From positions 1 to 41,249 of the forward strand of contig JAYTLW010000178.1 in the NCBI GenBank assembly GCA_043729025.1: a stretch of 41,249 bases of DNA, given 5' to 3'. The position numbers were made by a program, and so were the translations under genes. The notes beneath the pieces are model-generated. The model was not told the origin of the DNA and ran no database searches. It saw only the letters and a program-made list of their open reading frames with translations. Positions 1 through 11,828 of the stretch are shown here, piece after piece (within the stretch, counting starts at the first letter, position 1; the number at the start of each line of letters is the position of its first letter). This DNA is from Methylobacter sp. GTDB lineage: Bacteria > Pseudomonadota > Gammaproteobacteria > Methylococcales > Methylomonadaceae.

Positions 1-554
1 CGCGCTTCGGTTAGACGTTTGCGGAAATAGAGATAACCTTCCTGATCTATCCAGGGATAGTGTGCAGGCCAGTTATCCAGGCGTTGCTGGTGAATTTTAG
101 GCGCAAACAGCTCGGTTAACGAAGAGCTGGCGGCTTCGTGCCATTCCGCTCTGCGGGCGAAATTAACATAGGCGTCGACAGCAAAACGCACGCCCGGCAG
201 TACGTGTTTTAACGAGGTTATGTCTTCCCGGGTCAAGCCGACGGCCATGCCTAGTTGTATCCAGGCTTCAATGCCGCCCGGATCGCCGGAGTGCCCGTCA
301 TGATCCATAATTCGCTGTATCCATTTGGCGCGGGTTTCGCGATCCGGGCAATTGGCCAGGATGTTGGCATCTTTAATGGGTATGCTGACCTGGTAATAAA
401 ACCGGTTGGCAACCCAGCCCTGCAACTGTGCTTGGGTGAGTTTACCTTCGTTCATCAGGATATGGTAAGGATGATGAATATGATAACGGTTTTCCATGCC
501 GCGCAGTTGCGCTTCAAACTGCTCTTGGGTCCAGGCTTTATTATCGCTGCTCAT
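1..554 (-). CDS. pqqC: Pyrroloquinoline-quinone synthase PqqC, 3' end runs off the window
   Basis: Not in the ORF track. Manual translation from ATG (cat at 552-554): [31 protein letters not shown]...[44 protein letters not shown], the typical PqqC N-terminus. RBS AAGGA; directly follows pqqB. Confidence 0.95.
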   Translation of the reverse strand, partial: MSSDNKAWTQEQFEAQLRGMENRYHIHHPYHILMNEGKLTQAQLQGWVANRFYYQVSIPIKDANILANCPDRETRAKWIQRIMDHDGHSGDPGGIEAWIQLGMAVGLTREDITSLKHVLPGVRFAVDAYVNFARRAEWHEAASSSLTELFAPKIHQQRLDNWPAHYPWIDQEGYLYFRKRLTEA

Positions 555-564
555 GGTGCATCCT

Positions 565-1476
565 TTATAAGTCGATTTCCAAGCCGTCGTATGCGATTTC
601 GATGCCGACGGCATCAAGTATTTTACGCTGTTCGGAATCGTCGTCCAGGATCGGGTTGGTGTTGTTGATATGGATTAGTATCTTGCGGGCTTTTTTAACC
701 CAATTCAGGACTTCTATCATGCCGCTTGCTCCTGATTGCGGCAAATGGCCGATTTCGCGGGCTTTTTTAGGGCTGATATGCTGCGTACACATTTCGTCAT
801 CGGTCCAGAATGTGCCGTCCACCAGTAAGCAATCAACGGTTTGCATGGCTGTCATTACATGCGGCTCTATTTCGCCCAGGCCGGGGGAATAAAATACTTT
901 TTTTCCGGTCGAAATCTGTTCGATGATGACGCCGATATTGTCGCCGTCGTGCGGATCGTGACGGTGTGGCGAGTAGGGCGGGGCTTTGCTTTTTAAGGCC
1001 TGGGTATAAAAGCATAGATCCTCTATGCCTGGTATCGTAAAGCTGCTGCCATCGACAGGAATAGGGTGGTGATTGACGGTGCAGTAATCTTCCAGCATAT
1101 TGAATACCGGAAAACCGGTGCTGAGATCTTGCTTGACCATGTCTGAGCAATAAACATCCAGAGGCTTGCCTTCTCTAAGCATCAACAGGCCTGTGGTGTG
1201 GTCAATTTGGCTGTCCATTAACAGTATGGCCTTGATACCGGTATCGCGAACGCCCTCTTTAGGCTGGATAGCCGGAAACGCTTCCAATTGCGCTCGTATA
1301 TCGGGCGAGGCATTGATAAGCAGCCAGTTTTTGTTGTCAGTGCTTACTGCAATGGATGACTGGGTGCGCGCTTTGCCGTTCATTTGCTTGTGTCGCAAGC
1401 GGCGGCAATTGTGGCAGTTACAGTTCCATTGGGGAAAACCGCCGCCTGCGCCTGAACCGAGAACTCTGATCTTCAT
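565..1476 (-). CDS. pqqB: PQQ biosynthesis protein PqqB (MBL fold)
   Basis: [44 protein letters not shown] motifs; lies between pqqA and pqqC. Confidence 0.97.
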   Translation of the reverse strand: MKIRVLGSGAGGGFPQWNCNCHNCRRLRHKQMNGKARTQSSIAVSTDNKNWLLINASPDIRAQLEAFPAIQPKEGVRDTGIKAILLMDSQIDHTTGLLMLREGKPLDVYCSDMVKQDLSTGFPVFNMLEDYCTVNHHPIPVDGSSFTIPGIEDLCFYTQALKSKAPPYSPHRHDPHDGDNIGVIIEQISTGKKVFYSPGLGEIEPHVMTAMQTVDCLLVDGTFWTDDEMCTQHISPKKAREIGHLPQSGASGMIEVLNWVKKARKILIHINNTNPILDDDSEQRKILDAVGIEIAYDGLEIDL

Positions 1477-1537
1477 AGTTTGCAGGTAAGCTAAAAGGGT
1501 AAAAGGCTAGATGATACGGCAATTAAGGGTGTCAGGC

Positions 1538-1569
1538 AAAAAAAAGGGGCTCAAAAAGAGCCCCTTTTT
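1538..1569 (-). terminator. Intrinsic terminator between pqqA and pqqB
   Basis: AAAAAGGGGCTC-aaaaa-GAGCCCCTTTTT; A8 at 1538-1545 gives a U8 tail on the minus strand. Confidence 0.85.
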
Positions 1570-1614
1570 AGCTATTTCCAAACTGCCCCCAAGCGTTAGG
1601 TTGGGAGTGTTCGT

Positions 1615-1689
1615 TTAGCGATTGTAGATGTACATTGTTACTTCAAAACCAAAACGCAGGTCTGTGTAGCTTGGTGTTTCCCATTTCAT
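1615..1689 (-). CDS. pqqA: PQQ precursor peptide PqqA (24 aa)
   Basis: Manual translation MKWETPSYTDLRFGFEVTMYIYNR*, with the E-x-x-x-Y core (EVTMY); GGAGG RBS at 1696-1700. Confidence 0.97.
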   Translation of the reverse strand: MKWETPSYTDLRFGFEVTMYIYNR

Positions 1690-1748
1690 CGTGAACCTCC
1701 AGTAGTTTTTAAATTATTATGCTAGCTTGATCAAGTAAGCTGAACTGA

Positions 1749-1777
1749 AGTATACGATGAACTATTTTTTTGCGCAA
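1749..1777 (-). promoter_or_regulatory. Putative sigma70 promoter of pqqA
   Basis: Minus strand TTGCGC-17 bp-TATACT, about 60 nt upstream of the pqqA ATG. Confidence 0.6.
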
Positions 1778-1976
1778 CATTTGACGTCGTCCAAAACCGA
1801 AAGGCCTTGTTTTTTTGCAGTGGATGCCCTGTTCTTGCGGGGCCAAGGCCGAGGTCATTGATGGGTCAAATCACAAGGTATTTAGATGGGTCATGCAGGA
1901 TGTTTTTTTGTATAGGAAAAGAGTATTATCCATTTGCGCCTTAAAAATAATAATATAAAAATTATAAGGAGGAGTT

Positions 1977-2183
1977 ATGGGTGAAGTTACTGAACTGTTT
2001 TTGGTTATGATAATTGTGGGTATGTTTGCGTTTGCACCGTTAGGCTATTTTATTTATATGTTTACCAAGGACAGCGGCAAACCCTTTGGCGATATTGAGC
2101 CGCATGGCGATAGCCCATCAGTGGTGAACGATTTTGCAGAAAAAGCGATTAAATATGTCAAAGGCTTGCTCGCCAAAAAGTAA
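1977..2183 (+). CDS. Small membrane protein (68 aa), unknown function
   Basis: Strong RBS AAGGAGGAG; hydrophobic N-terminal segment (LFLVMIIVGMFAFAPLGYFIYMF); followed by a hairpin. Confidence 0.75.
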   Translation: MGEVTELFLVMIIVGMFAFAPLGYFIYMFTKDSGKPFGDIEPHGDSPSVVNDFAEKAIKYVKGLLAKK

Positions 2184-2201
2184 GGGTGTTTATTTTTGAG
2201 T

Positions 2202-2229
2202 TTTCCAGGTGCTTAAATGCGCCTGGAAA
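2202..2229. terminator. Hairpin between convergent small ORF and moeB
   Basis: TTTCCAGGTGC-ttaaat-GCGCCTGGAAA (one G-T pair). Confidence 0.6.
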
Positions 2230-2250
2230 TCGCTAATTTCAAAATGTTTA

Positions 2251-2994
2251 TCATTGGCCGCACGTTGGGCAGTTAGGGTTTTTTTGCAGTTTCATCATAT
2301 TCCATTCCATCGTTAATCCATCCAGCAGTAATAACCGTCCGGTTAATGCTTCCCCGATATTCATTATCAGCTTCATCGCTTCCAGCGCCTGAATACTGCC
2401 GACTATGCCGGTGATAGGTGCTATAACGCCGTTAGTGGCGCAATTTTGCAATTCTTCGCCGTCACTGTTATAGAGGCAGTTGTAACACGGGCTGTTATTT
2501 TTTCCCGGGGTAAATACGGTCACTTGACCTTCAAAGCGTATCGCCGCGCCTGAAACCAGGGCTGTTTGATGTTTAACGCAGGCCTTATTGATCGCAAAGC
2601 GCGTCGTGAAGTTATCGCTACAGTCCAAAACCACGTCGGCTTGCATTACCTCGAAATCAAGCAGTTCTCCCTCCAGTCTTTGTTTCACGGCTCTGATCTT
2701 GACATCGGGATTAAGCCTATTAAGCGTTTGACGGGTTGAAATTACTTTATCAGTCCCAATATCGGGGGTGTGATGAGTGATCTGCCTTTGCAAATTGGAT
2801 AAGTCCACGACGTCATCATCATAAATAGTGAGTGCGCCGACACCGGCTGCAGCCAGATATATAGCAGCGGGTGAGCCAAGCCCCCCGGCGCCGACTATCA
2901 AAATGTCAGCGGCGAGTAGCTTTTGTTGTCCCTCAATATCACAAAGAGGGAGCATGATTTGACGGCTATAGCGCAGTAGTTGGTTGTCATTCAT
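2251..2994 (-). CDS. moeB: Molybdopterin-synthase adenylyltransferase (MoeB/ThiF family)
   Basis: RYSRQI, GAGGLG, DLSNLQRQ, DCSDNF, PCYNC and CPTC zinc motifs. Confidence 0.88.
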   Translation of the reverse strand: MNDNQLLRYSRQIMLPLCDIEGQQKLLAADILIVGAGGLGSPAAIYLAAAGVGALTIYDDDVVDLSNLQRQITHHTPDIGTDKVISTRQTLNRLNPDVKIRAVKQRLEGELLDFEVMQADVVLDCSDNFTTRFAINKACVKHQTALVSGAAIRFEGQVTVFTPGKNNSPCYNCLYNSDGEELQNCATNGVIAPITGIVGSIQALEAMKLIMNIGEALTGRLLLLDGLTMEWNMMKLQKNPNCPTCGQ

Positions 2995-3067
2995 AAGTCA
3001 TAGTGTTGCTGTAGGGTGGGCTAAGATGATGCCAAAGAACAGGGTAGACTGCAAAAACTGATTATTA

Positions 3068-3097
3068 TTAGCACTCTCCAGCTACGAGTGCTAGAAT
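3068..3097 (+). promoter_or_regulatory. CIRCE (HrcA operator) overlapping an extended -10 of groESL
   Basis: TTAGCACTC-N9-GAGTGCTAG (3068-3094), one mismatch to the CIRCE consensus; TGcTAGAAT at 3089-3097. Confidence 0.92.
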
Positions 3098-3140
3098 TAA
3101 ATTTTAACCTTAACCTTAATTTTAATGTTTGGAGATATTG

Positions 3141-3428
3141 ATGAAAATACGTCCGTTACATGACAGAGTGATAGTCAAACGCGTTGAAGAAGAAACTACA
3201 ACCCCGGGCGGTATCGTGCTGCCGGGTTCTGCAGCCGAAAAACCAAGCCAAGGCATAGTTTTGGCGGTAGGTACCGGCAAACAACTGGACAACGGCACGA
3301 TACGCGCTTTGGAAGTTAAAGTGGGCGATAAAGTGTTGTTTGGAAAGTATTCGGGCAACGAAGTTAAAGTTGACGGTGACGAGCTGATCGTTATGCGTGA
3401 AGAAGATATCATGGGCGTTTTAGGTTAA
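3141..3428 (+). CDS. groES: Co-chaperonin GroES
   Basis: [14 protein letters not shown]...GGIVLP...[12 protein letters not shown]; ATG at 3141 after GGAGA preferred to the track's start at 3129. Confidence 0.98.
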   Translation: MKIRPLHDRVIVKRVEEETTTPGGIVLPGSAAEKPSQGIVLAVGTGKQLDNGTIRALEVKVGDKVLFGKYSGNEVKVDGDELIVMREEDIMGVLG

Positions 3429-3464
3429 ACCTAAATACGTTAATCACATTCATATACAAAATAG

Positions 3465-5120
<1,656 letters not shown>

Positions 5121-5134
5121 TCGTGCTGTCTTGT

Positions 5135-5182
5135 TGTAGGGGCGAATTTATTCGCCTTTGGGCGGATAAATCCACCCCTACA
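5135..5182. repeat. GTAG-type REP inverted doublet
   Basis: TGTAGGGGCGAATTTATTCGCC-ttt-GGGCGGATAAATCCACCCCTACA: two GTAG-headed palindromes in opposite orientation. Confidence 0.85.
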
Positions 5183-5192
5183 TGGTGAAATG

Positions 5193-5231
5193 AAAGCCCC
5201 GGTTGTTTTTGAAACAGCTGGGGCTTTTTTT
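5193..5231 (+). terminator. groESL terminator
   Basis: AAAGCCCCGGTTGTTT..AAACAGCTGGGGCTTTTTTT. Confidence 0.88.
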
Positions 5232-5463
5232 ATGGCAAGCAGAACTAAACGGCGAAGCGAATATTCAAATTTGCTGTTGACTAAAAGCTCAATTAAACTG
5301 TTCAACATAGGAATAATAATTAGACAGAGGCGTGGGCCGGTCAATCCGGCGCCAAGAATACGCGGTTATTACTGGATGCTTTCTCTGGTTCCAGTGTGTT
5401 CAATCCGCGTGTGACATTTTTCATAAGGTGTGTTTTTAAAACACTATCATTAGGAGGAATACC

Positions 5464-5982
5464 ATGGCACAACAAAAAGATTATTTAAAAGACCCATTCG
5501 GCAATAGCGTCGTTGCAATACTTAAGGGCATCGATCGCGATGTGGAGCGGGGCGAAGACGCTTTGATGCTGGGCTTGGGCATCGTCATGCTGTCATCCAC
5601 TTTCGCGCCGGTAGCGCCGCCGATTGTTCTGTTGCCGCTGGTAGCGCTGACCTTTGCTGTTTCTGCGAGCTACGCGCGTAAGAATTATCACAACATGCAG
5701 CGCAAGCTTTTGGAGTCCATGGCGCAACTGGAAGGGCAAGAGAAAATCATCCTGCACCCGATTGCCGCTGTTTTTACCGAGTATCCGATGGATTCCTTGG
5801 TGGAGTCGTTTAATCCGATAAAGAATCTCAAACGAACCGGGAAAAGCGCGCTGGGCGGACTGTTGATCAATCCGCTATGGATGCCTATTTTTTACGTGAT
5901 GGGCATGCAAATCATTGAAGAAAAAAATTTGGGCATTTTGAATCGAGCCATCATCGGCGTCGAGCGAAAAGTATCGCTCTAG
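5464..5982 (+). CDS. Hypothetical membrane protein (172 aa)
   Basis: AGGAGG RBS; two to three hydrophobic segments; no family recognised. Confidence 0.8.
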   Translation: MAQQKDYLKDPFGNSVVAILKGIDRDVERGEDALMLGLGIVMLSSTFAPVAPPIVLLPLVALTFAVSASYARKNYHNMQRKLLESMAQLEGQEKIILHPIAAVFTEYPMDSLVESFNPIKNLKRTGKSALGGLLINPLWMPIFYVMGMQIIEEKNLGILNRAIIGVERKVSL

Positions 5983-6044
5983 TTTAGCGGCTCTGACAAA
6001 ATGAATTTTATACGGTCGAAAGGCTCAAGCTGGGAAAATTGTTA

Positions 6045-6128
6045 ATGACCCAAAGCGCATAATCTCGTACAATTACCCCAGTTTTGTTTTTTACAACGGG
6101 ATGAGTCCTTAAGAGCTCATCCCGTTTT
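6045..6128 (+). promoter_or_regulatory. carA promoter with U-rich leader and terminator-like hairpin
   Basis: ATGACC-17-TACAAT (6045-6073); GTTTTGTTTTTT; 11-bp stem AACGGGATGAG (6095-6105)/CTCATCCCGTT (6116-6126). Confidence 0.65.
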
Positions 6129-6148
6129 GCGCATTTGAGGTGACGTGT

Positions 6149-7282
6149 TTGGCTAGGTCTGCTTTATTGGTATTGGAAGATGGAACGGTTTTTAACGGCG
6201 AGGCTATAGGTGCAGATGGCTGTTCCGTGGGTGAGGTGGTTTTTAATACGGCGATGACCGGCTATCAGGAAATTCTCAGCGATCCCTCTTATGCCCGGCA
6301 AATTGTGACCTTAACCTATCCCCATGTCGGCAATGTCGGAACCACCAGCGAAGACGATGAATCGGTCGGCGTTTTTGCCAGCGGTCTGGTGATCAGGGAT
6401 TTACCGTTGTTGGCCAGCAACTGGCGCAGCACCAAAAACTTGCAGCAGTATCTGCTTGATCATAACGTCGTCGCCATAGCCGATATTGATACCCGCCAAC
6501 TAACCCGGTTGCTTCGTGACAAAGGTGCGCAGCGCGGATGCATCATGGCGGGCGAGTCGGTCGATCCGGAAATCGCAAAAAAAGCCATTGCAGGCTTTCC
6601 GGGCTTGAAGGGGATGGATCTGGCCAAGGAAGTCACCGTCGATCAACCTTATGAATGGACTGAAAATATCTGGCATTTGGAGTATGGACATAAAGAAGCC
6701 GAAAACCTCACCAAACACGTTGTGGCTTATGATTTCGGCATTAAACGTAACATACTCAGATTACTGGCCAATCGCGGTTGCCGGGTCACCGTTGTTCCCG
6801 CAACAACGCCCGCCGCAACCGTATTGGCGATGAAGCCTGACGGCGTGTTCCTGTCCAATGGCCCCGGCGATCCCGAGCCCTGTACTTATGCGATAGAGGC
6901 GATTAAAACGATACTGGAACAGAAAATTCCGGTCTTCGGTATTTGCTTGGGGCACCAATTATTGGCTTTAGCCAGCGGCGCAACAACCGAAAAAATGAAG
7001 TTCGGCCATCATGGCGCCAATCATCCGGTTCTGGAACTAGCCACAGGCCGGGTTATGATCAGCAGCCAGAATCACGGCTTTGCAGCCAATGAAGACAGCT
7101 TGCCTGATAATGTCATCGCGACTTATCGTTCCCTGTTTGACGGTAGTTTGCAGGGTATCAAAAGAACCGATTGTCCTGCGATGAGTTTTCAAGGTCATCC
7201 TGAAGCCAGTCCGGGTCCCCATGATGTGGAGTCTTTATTCGATGAGTTTATCGAGATGATGGAACAGGATAAGTTGAGGTAG
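6149..7282 (+). CDS. carA: Carbamoyl-phosphate synthase small subunit
   Basis: [41 protein letters not shown]; TTG start at 6149 after GAGGTGA is likelier than GTG at 6140. Confidence 0.98.
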   Translation: MARSALLVLEDGTVFNGEAIGADGCSVGEVVFNTAMTGYQEILSDPSYARQIVTLTYPHVGNVGTTSEDDESVGVFASGLVIRDLPLLASNWRSTKNLQQYLLDHNVVAIADIDTRQLTRLLRDKGAQRGCIMAGESVDPEIAKKAIAGFPGLKGMDLAKEVTVDQPYEWTENIWHLEYGHKEAENLTKHVVAYDFGIKRNILRLLANRGCRVTVVPATTPAATVLAMKPDGVFLSNGPGDPEPCTYAIEAIKTILEQKIPVFGICLGHQLLALASGATTEKMKFGHHGANHPVLELATGRVMISSQNHGFAANEDSLPDNVIATYRSLFDGSLQGIKRTDCPAMSFQGHPEASPGPHDVESLFDEFIEMMEQDKLR

Positions 7283-7358
7283 TGCGGGCAAACAGCTTTA
7301 CCGTTTGGCCACCATTTACCGATAAAATAGGTGGGCAGAAAAGTGCTGCCCACCCTAC
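7279..7358. repeat. Degenerate GTAG-type REP doublet overlapping the carA stop
   Basis: GTAGTGCGGGCAAAC..GTTTGGCCACC followed by GGTGGGCAG..CTGCCCACCCTAC. Confidence 0.7.
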
Positions 7359-7380
7359 TTGTCTAATATAGGAAAGACTC

Positions 7381-7953
7381 ATGACAGTCTTGCAAAAACT
7401 CAGTTATCTGACCGAACAAGATTACCTGGCATTGGAATTGACTGCCGACCTGCGTCATGAATATATTGACGGACAACTGTATGCCATGGCGGGAGCGAGT
7501 GAGCGGCATAATCGTGTAGTAGGCAATGTGTTTTTTCATCTTCGTGCGGCGGCGCGCGGTGGTCATTGCGGTGTATTTGCCAGCGATATGAAACTGAAAA
7601 TAGCCTGGCAGAAAGCTTATTATTATCCTGATGTGATGTTGGTTTGTAACGCCCAAGATACTGGGGAATATTACAAACAACAGCCGTGTTTTATTGCCGA
7701 AGTCTTATCGCCCGGCACGGCAACTACCGACCGCCGCGAAAAATTGCTGGCCTATCAAAAAATACCCAGTTTGCGTTATTACTTATTGATTAACGCCAAT
7801 CAAACACAGGTTGAATACTTTGTCCGCGATGCCCAAGACGATTGGCAAACCGCGCTGCTGGAAGCCGATGAAACGCTGGTAATTGATTGTGAAAATTATC
7901 ATGCGGTTTTGAGGTTGGGAGATATTTATGAGGATGTGGAGTTTGGTGGTTGA
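7381..7953 (+). CDS. Uma2 family (PD-(D/E)xK) putative endonuclease
   Basis: RHEYIDGQLYAMAGAS..H, YYPDVM, AEVLSPGT..DRREKLLAY, IPSLRYYLLI. Confidence 0.92.
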   Translation: MTVLQKLSYLTEQDYLALELTADLRHEYIDGQLYAMAGASERHNRVVGNVFFHLRAAARGGHCGVFASDMKLKIAWQKAYYYPDVMLVCNAQDTGEYYKQQPCFIAEVLSPGTATTDRREKLLAYQKIPSLRYYLLINANQTQVEYFVRDAQDDWQTALLEADETLVIDCENYHAVLRLGDIYEDVEFGG

Positions 7954-8028
7954 TTATTTTATTAACGGGTTTTTTACAGCCGTATTAACATTAACTACCT
8001 CATATTAATAAGTATCTAAGGTATCCTA

Positions 8029-8244
8029 ATGAAGACTATACAACTTGAAGTTCAAGACGCTGTTTACCAGAAAATTATTGATTTTTTGGTGCTGCTCCCC
8101 CAAGACCAATGCCATTTGCTAGTAAATGATGATGACATAAGCGATGTCGAGTTCGCTCATATAACACGTTTAACGGAACAGTTAAAACAAGGCGACAACT
8201 CTGAATTTGAAGATTGGACAGATGTTAAAGCTCGATTGTTATGA
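8029..8244 (+). CDS. Putative type II antitoxin (71 aa, acidic)
   Basis: Small acidic ORF ending ...EFEDWTDVKARLL, overlapping the RelE-like gene by ATGA. Confidence 0.7.
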   Translation: MKTIQLEVQDAVYQKIIDFLVLLPQDQCHLLVNDDDISDVEFAHITRLTEQLKQGDNSEFEDWTDVKARLL

Positions 8245-8513
8245 GTTATCAACTTAAACTTCATAAATCGGTCATTAACTTTCTTGAGAATGCGCCAAAT
8301 AAATTACGTTTTAGAATAATAAGCAAGCTGGATCTACTTAAAGAAAATCCTTTGCACCATGCTTTACTAGACATCAAGTCAATGCAAGGATTTGATCAAA
8401 CTTATCGTCTACGTATCGGTAACTACCGACTGATTTATCAGATTAATCAAGATCAATTACGTTTAGTATCGGTAAGCGTGGCGATGTGTACAAGTAAAGA
8501 TAAGAGGTTTTAA
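8241..8513 (+). pseudogene. RelE/StbE-family toxin with an apparent frameshift near the 3' end
   Basis: YRLRIGNYRLIYQI core is in frame, but the family-typical tail IGKRGDVYK* is in the -1 frame (8468-8497). Confidence 0.75.
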
Positions 8514-8609
8514 CAGTTATTCAAAACAATTAATTATCCGATATAGCCGAGAAATTTTGGATTACACGCCAGTCCAACTCATCATTTATTAACACGATAC
8601 ATCAACAAC

Positions 8610-11600
8610 ATGCCTAAAAGAACCGACATAAAATCCATATTATTATTAGGCGCCGGCCCTATTGTTATCGGCCAGGCCTGCGAGTTTGATTATTCAGGTA
8701 CGCAGGCTTGTAAAGCGCTGCGGGAAGAAGGTTTCCGCGTTATCCTGGTCAATTCCAATCCGGCGACGATCATGACCGACCCGGATATGGCTGATGCCAC
8801 TTATATCGAGCCTATAGACTGGCAAACCGTGGAAAAAATTATCGCCAAGGAACGCCCCGATGCGATATTGCCGACCATGGGCGGGCAGACTGCGCTGAAT
8901 TGCGCATTGGATCTTGATGCCAATGGTGTTTTGGCAAAATATGGTGTCGAGATGATCGGTGCGACCAAAGAGGCGATTCATAAAGCTGAAAACCGCGCTT
9001 TGTTCAATCAGGCGATGAAAAAAATCGGTTATGAAGTGGCAAAGTCAAAAACCGCACATACGATGGAAGAAGCCTTGGCAGCGCAGCTGGAAGTGGGCTA
9101 TCCGACCGTAATACGGCCTTCATTTACCATGGGCGGCAGCGGCGGCGGCATCGCCTATAACAAGGAAGAGTTTGTCGAAATCTGCGAGCGCGGCCTGTAT
9201 TTGTCGCCGACCAACGAATTGTTGATTGAAGAATCGGTGTTGGGCTGGAAAGAATACGAAATGGAGGTGGTGCGCGATTCCAAAGACAACTGCATCATCG
9301 TCTGCTCCATCGAAAACTTCGATCCGATGGGCGTGCATACCGGCGATTCGATTACCGTAGCGCCTGCGCAAACCTTGACCGATAAAGAATATCAGATTCT
9401 GCGTAACGTCTCGATTGCGGTATTGCGTGAGATCGGCGTCGATACCGGTGGCTCCAATGTACAGGTCGCGATTAATCCTAAAGACGGGCGGATGATTGTT
9501 ATAGAGATGAATCCCAGAGTATCGCGTTCCTCGGCGTTGGCGTCCAAGGCCACCGGTTTTCCGATCGCCAAGGTGGCGGCAAAACTAGCCGTCGGTTACA
9601 CGCTGGATGAATTGAAAAATGAGATCACCGGCGGCGCAACGCCTGCATCGTTCGAGCCGACCATCGATTATGTGGTTACCAAGATTCCGCGCTTTACCTT
9701 CGAGAAATTTCCGCAAGCCGATGACCGGTTGACCACGCAGATGAAGTCTGTGGGCGAAGTGATGGCTATCGGCCGCACTTTTCAGGAATCACTGCAAAAA
9801 GCCTTGCGCGGCCTGGAAATCGGCATCAGCGGTCTTGATGAAATTATCGATTTGAGCCGGGACGACGCCGAGGAAAAAATGCAGCGCGAAATGCGTCATC
9901 CGGGGCCGGATCGTTTGCTGTATGTCGCCGATGCGTTCCGTAGCGGCATGAGCTTGGACGACGTACACGAAGCCAGTAAAATCGACCCCTGGTTTTTAGC
10001 GCAGATTGAAGATTTGGTTCTGACTGAAAAATCGTTATCGACTAAAACCTTGTCGACCCTGAAAGAAGGCGAACTGTATAAATTAAAGCGCAAAGGCTTT
10101 TCCGATATACGCTTGGCCAAGTTGTTGGATACGTCCGAATCCGAAGTGCGCAATGTGCGCCATAAGCAGAACATCCGCCCGGTTTATAAACGTATCGATT
10201 CCTGTGCGGCTGAATTTTCGTCCGATACGGCTTATTTGTATTCGACCTATGAGCAGGAATGCGAAGCGCGGGTTTCCGGCCGGGAAAAGATTATTATTCT
10301 CGGCGGCGGGCCTAACCGTATCGGACAAGGTATCGAGTTCGATTACTGCTGTGTCCATGCGGCATTGGCATTGCGTGAAGATGGCTATGAAACCATCATG
10401 ATCAATTGCAATCCTGAAACGGTTTCTACCGATTTCGATACTTCGGATCGTTTGTATTTTGAGTCGTTAACGTTGGAAGACGTGCTGGAAATTGTGCATA
10501 TAGAAAAACCCAAAGGTGTGATTGTGCAGTATGGTGGTCAGACACCGTTGAAATTGGCGCGCGCATTGGAAGCGGCGGGTGTGCCCATTATCGGAACATC
10601 GCCGGACTCGATTGATTTGGCCGAAGACCGTGAGCGCTTCCAAAAACTGCTGGAAAGGTTAAATCTTAGGCAACCGCCCAATGCCACGGCGCGTTCTGTC
10701 GAGCAGGCGATTAATGCGGCAAAAGAGCTGGGCTATCCGCTGGTGGTTCGGCCTTCCTATGTTTTGGGAGGCCGGGCTATGGAAATCGTCTTCAATGAAG
10801 AGGGTTTGCAGCGCTATATGAAAGAAGCGGTCAGTGTGTCCAACGATTCACCTGTGCTACTGGATCGTTTTCTTGATGATGCGGTCGAAATGGATGTCGA
10901 TGCCATTTATGACGGGGAGCAGGTTTTGATTGGCGGTTTGATGGAACACATTGAACAGGCCGGCGTGCATTCGGGCGATTCTGCATGTTCGCTGCCTCCG
11001 TATGAATTAGCGCCGCATCTCCAGGATAAATTGCGTGAACAGGTGGCCAAAATGGCCGAAGCTTTGGGCGTAATTGGTTTGATGAATACCCAGTTTGCGA
11101 TTCAGGGTGAGGATATTTTTGTGCTTGAAGTCAATCCAAGGGCTTCGCGTACGGCGCCATTCGTGTCTAAGGCAACCGGTTACCCATTGGCCAAAATTGC
11201 CGCTAGGTGTATGGTCGGGCAAACCTTGGCGCAACAAGGTATTACCGAAGAGCGTATTCCCGGTTATTATTCGGTTAAAGAAGCAGTGTTTCCGTTTGTT
11301 AAATTCCCTGGTGTTGACCCTTTGTTGGGGCCTGAAATGAAATCGACTGGCGAGGTAATGGGGGTTGGTAAATCCTTCGGTGAGGCTTTTGCCAAATCTC
11401 AGCGTGCAGCTGGCGTCAACCTGAATCACAGCGGTAAGGTGCTGATCAGTATTCGTGATGCCGATAAAGCCAAGTTGCCGGATGTAGCGAGAATGCTGGT
11501 CGATAAGAAATATGAAATTGTCGCGACCAGCGGTACCGCAAAGTATCTTAAAGGTGAGGGCATTCCTTGTGAAGTGGTTTATAAGGTTAACGAAGGGCGG

Positions 11601-11828
11601 CCTAATACGGTTGATATGATTAAAAACGATCAGATTCAACTGATTATTAATACGACGGAAGGCACTAAAGCCATTTCTGATTCATTTACCATGCGTCGGG
11701 AAGCCCTACAGCATCGCGTAACTTATTACACGACGATGGCCGGTGCAAAAGCGGCTTGTTACGCACTGGGGGAATTGGATGCAGGCGATGTGAATTGCTT
11801 GCAGGATCTGCATAAGAGTCTTATTTAA
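8610..11828 (+). CDS. carB: Carbamoyl-phosphate synthase large subunit
   Basis: [22 protein letters not shown], duplicated ATP-grasp halves, C-terminal MGS domain. Confidence 0.99.
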   Translation: MPKRTDIKSILLLGAGPIVIGQACEFDYSGTQACKALREEGFRVILVNSNPATIMTDPDMADATYIEPIDWQTVEKIIAKERPDAILPTMGGQTALNCALDLDANGVLAKYGVEMIGATKEAIHKAENRALFNQAMKKIGYEVAKSKTAHTMEEALAAQLEVGYPTVIRPSFTMGGSGGGIAYNKEEFVEICERGLYLSPTNELLIEESVLGWKEYEMEVVRDSKDNCIIVCSIENFDPMGVHTGDSITVAPAQTLTDKEYQILRNVSIAVLREIGVDTGGSNVQVAINPKDGRMIVIEMNPRVSRSSALASKATGFPIAKVAAKLAVGYTLDELKNEITGGATPASFEPTIDYVVTKIPRFTFEKFPQADDRLTTQMKSVGEVMAIGRTFQESLQKALRGLEIGISGLDEIIDLSRDDAEEKMQREMRHPGPDRLLYVADAFRSGMSLDDVHEASKIDPWFLAQIEDLVLTEKSLSTKTLSTLKEGELYKLKRKGFSDIRLAKLLDTSESEVRNVRHKQNIRPVYKRIDSCAAEFSSDTAYLYSTYEQECEARVSGREKIIILGGGPNRIGQGIEFDYCCVHAALALREDGYETIMINCNPETVSTDFDTSDRLYFESLTLEDVLEIVHIEKPKGVIVQYGGQTPLKLARALEAAGVPIIGTSPDSIDLAEDRERFQKLLERLNLRQPPNATARSVEQAINAAKELGYPLVVRPSYVLGGRAMEIVFNEEGLQRYMKEAVSVSNDSPVLLDRFLDDAVEMDVDAIYDGEQVLIGGLMEHIEQAGVHSGDSACSLPPYELAPHLQDKLREQVAKMAEALGVIGLMNTQFAIQGEDIFVLEVNPRASRTAPFVSKATGYPLAKIAARCMVGQTLAQQGITEERIPGYYSVKEAVFPFVKFPGVDPLLGPEMKSTGEVMGVGKSFGEAFAKSQRAAGVNLNHSGKVLISIRDADKAKLPDVARMLVDKKYEIVATSGTAKYLKGEGIPCEVVYKVNEGRPNTVDMIKNDQIQLIINTTEGTKAISDSFTMRREALQHRVTYYTTMAGAKAACYALGELDAGDVNCLQDLHKSLI

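Noticed and set aside
255-668. 137-aa plus-strand ORF in the track
   Set aside because: Antisense shadow of pqqC/pqqB; the minus strand encodes recognisable PqqC.
3010-3021. TGTAGGGTGGGC REP head upstream of moeB
   Set aside because: No complementary arm; too short to call.
5190-5414. 74-aa ORF after groEL
   Set aside because: Runs through the groEL terminator and the structured leader; weak RBS and no protein-like features.
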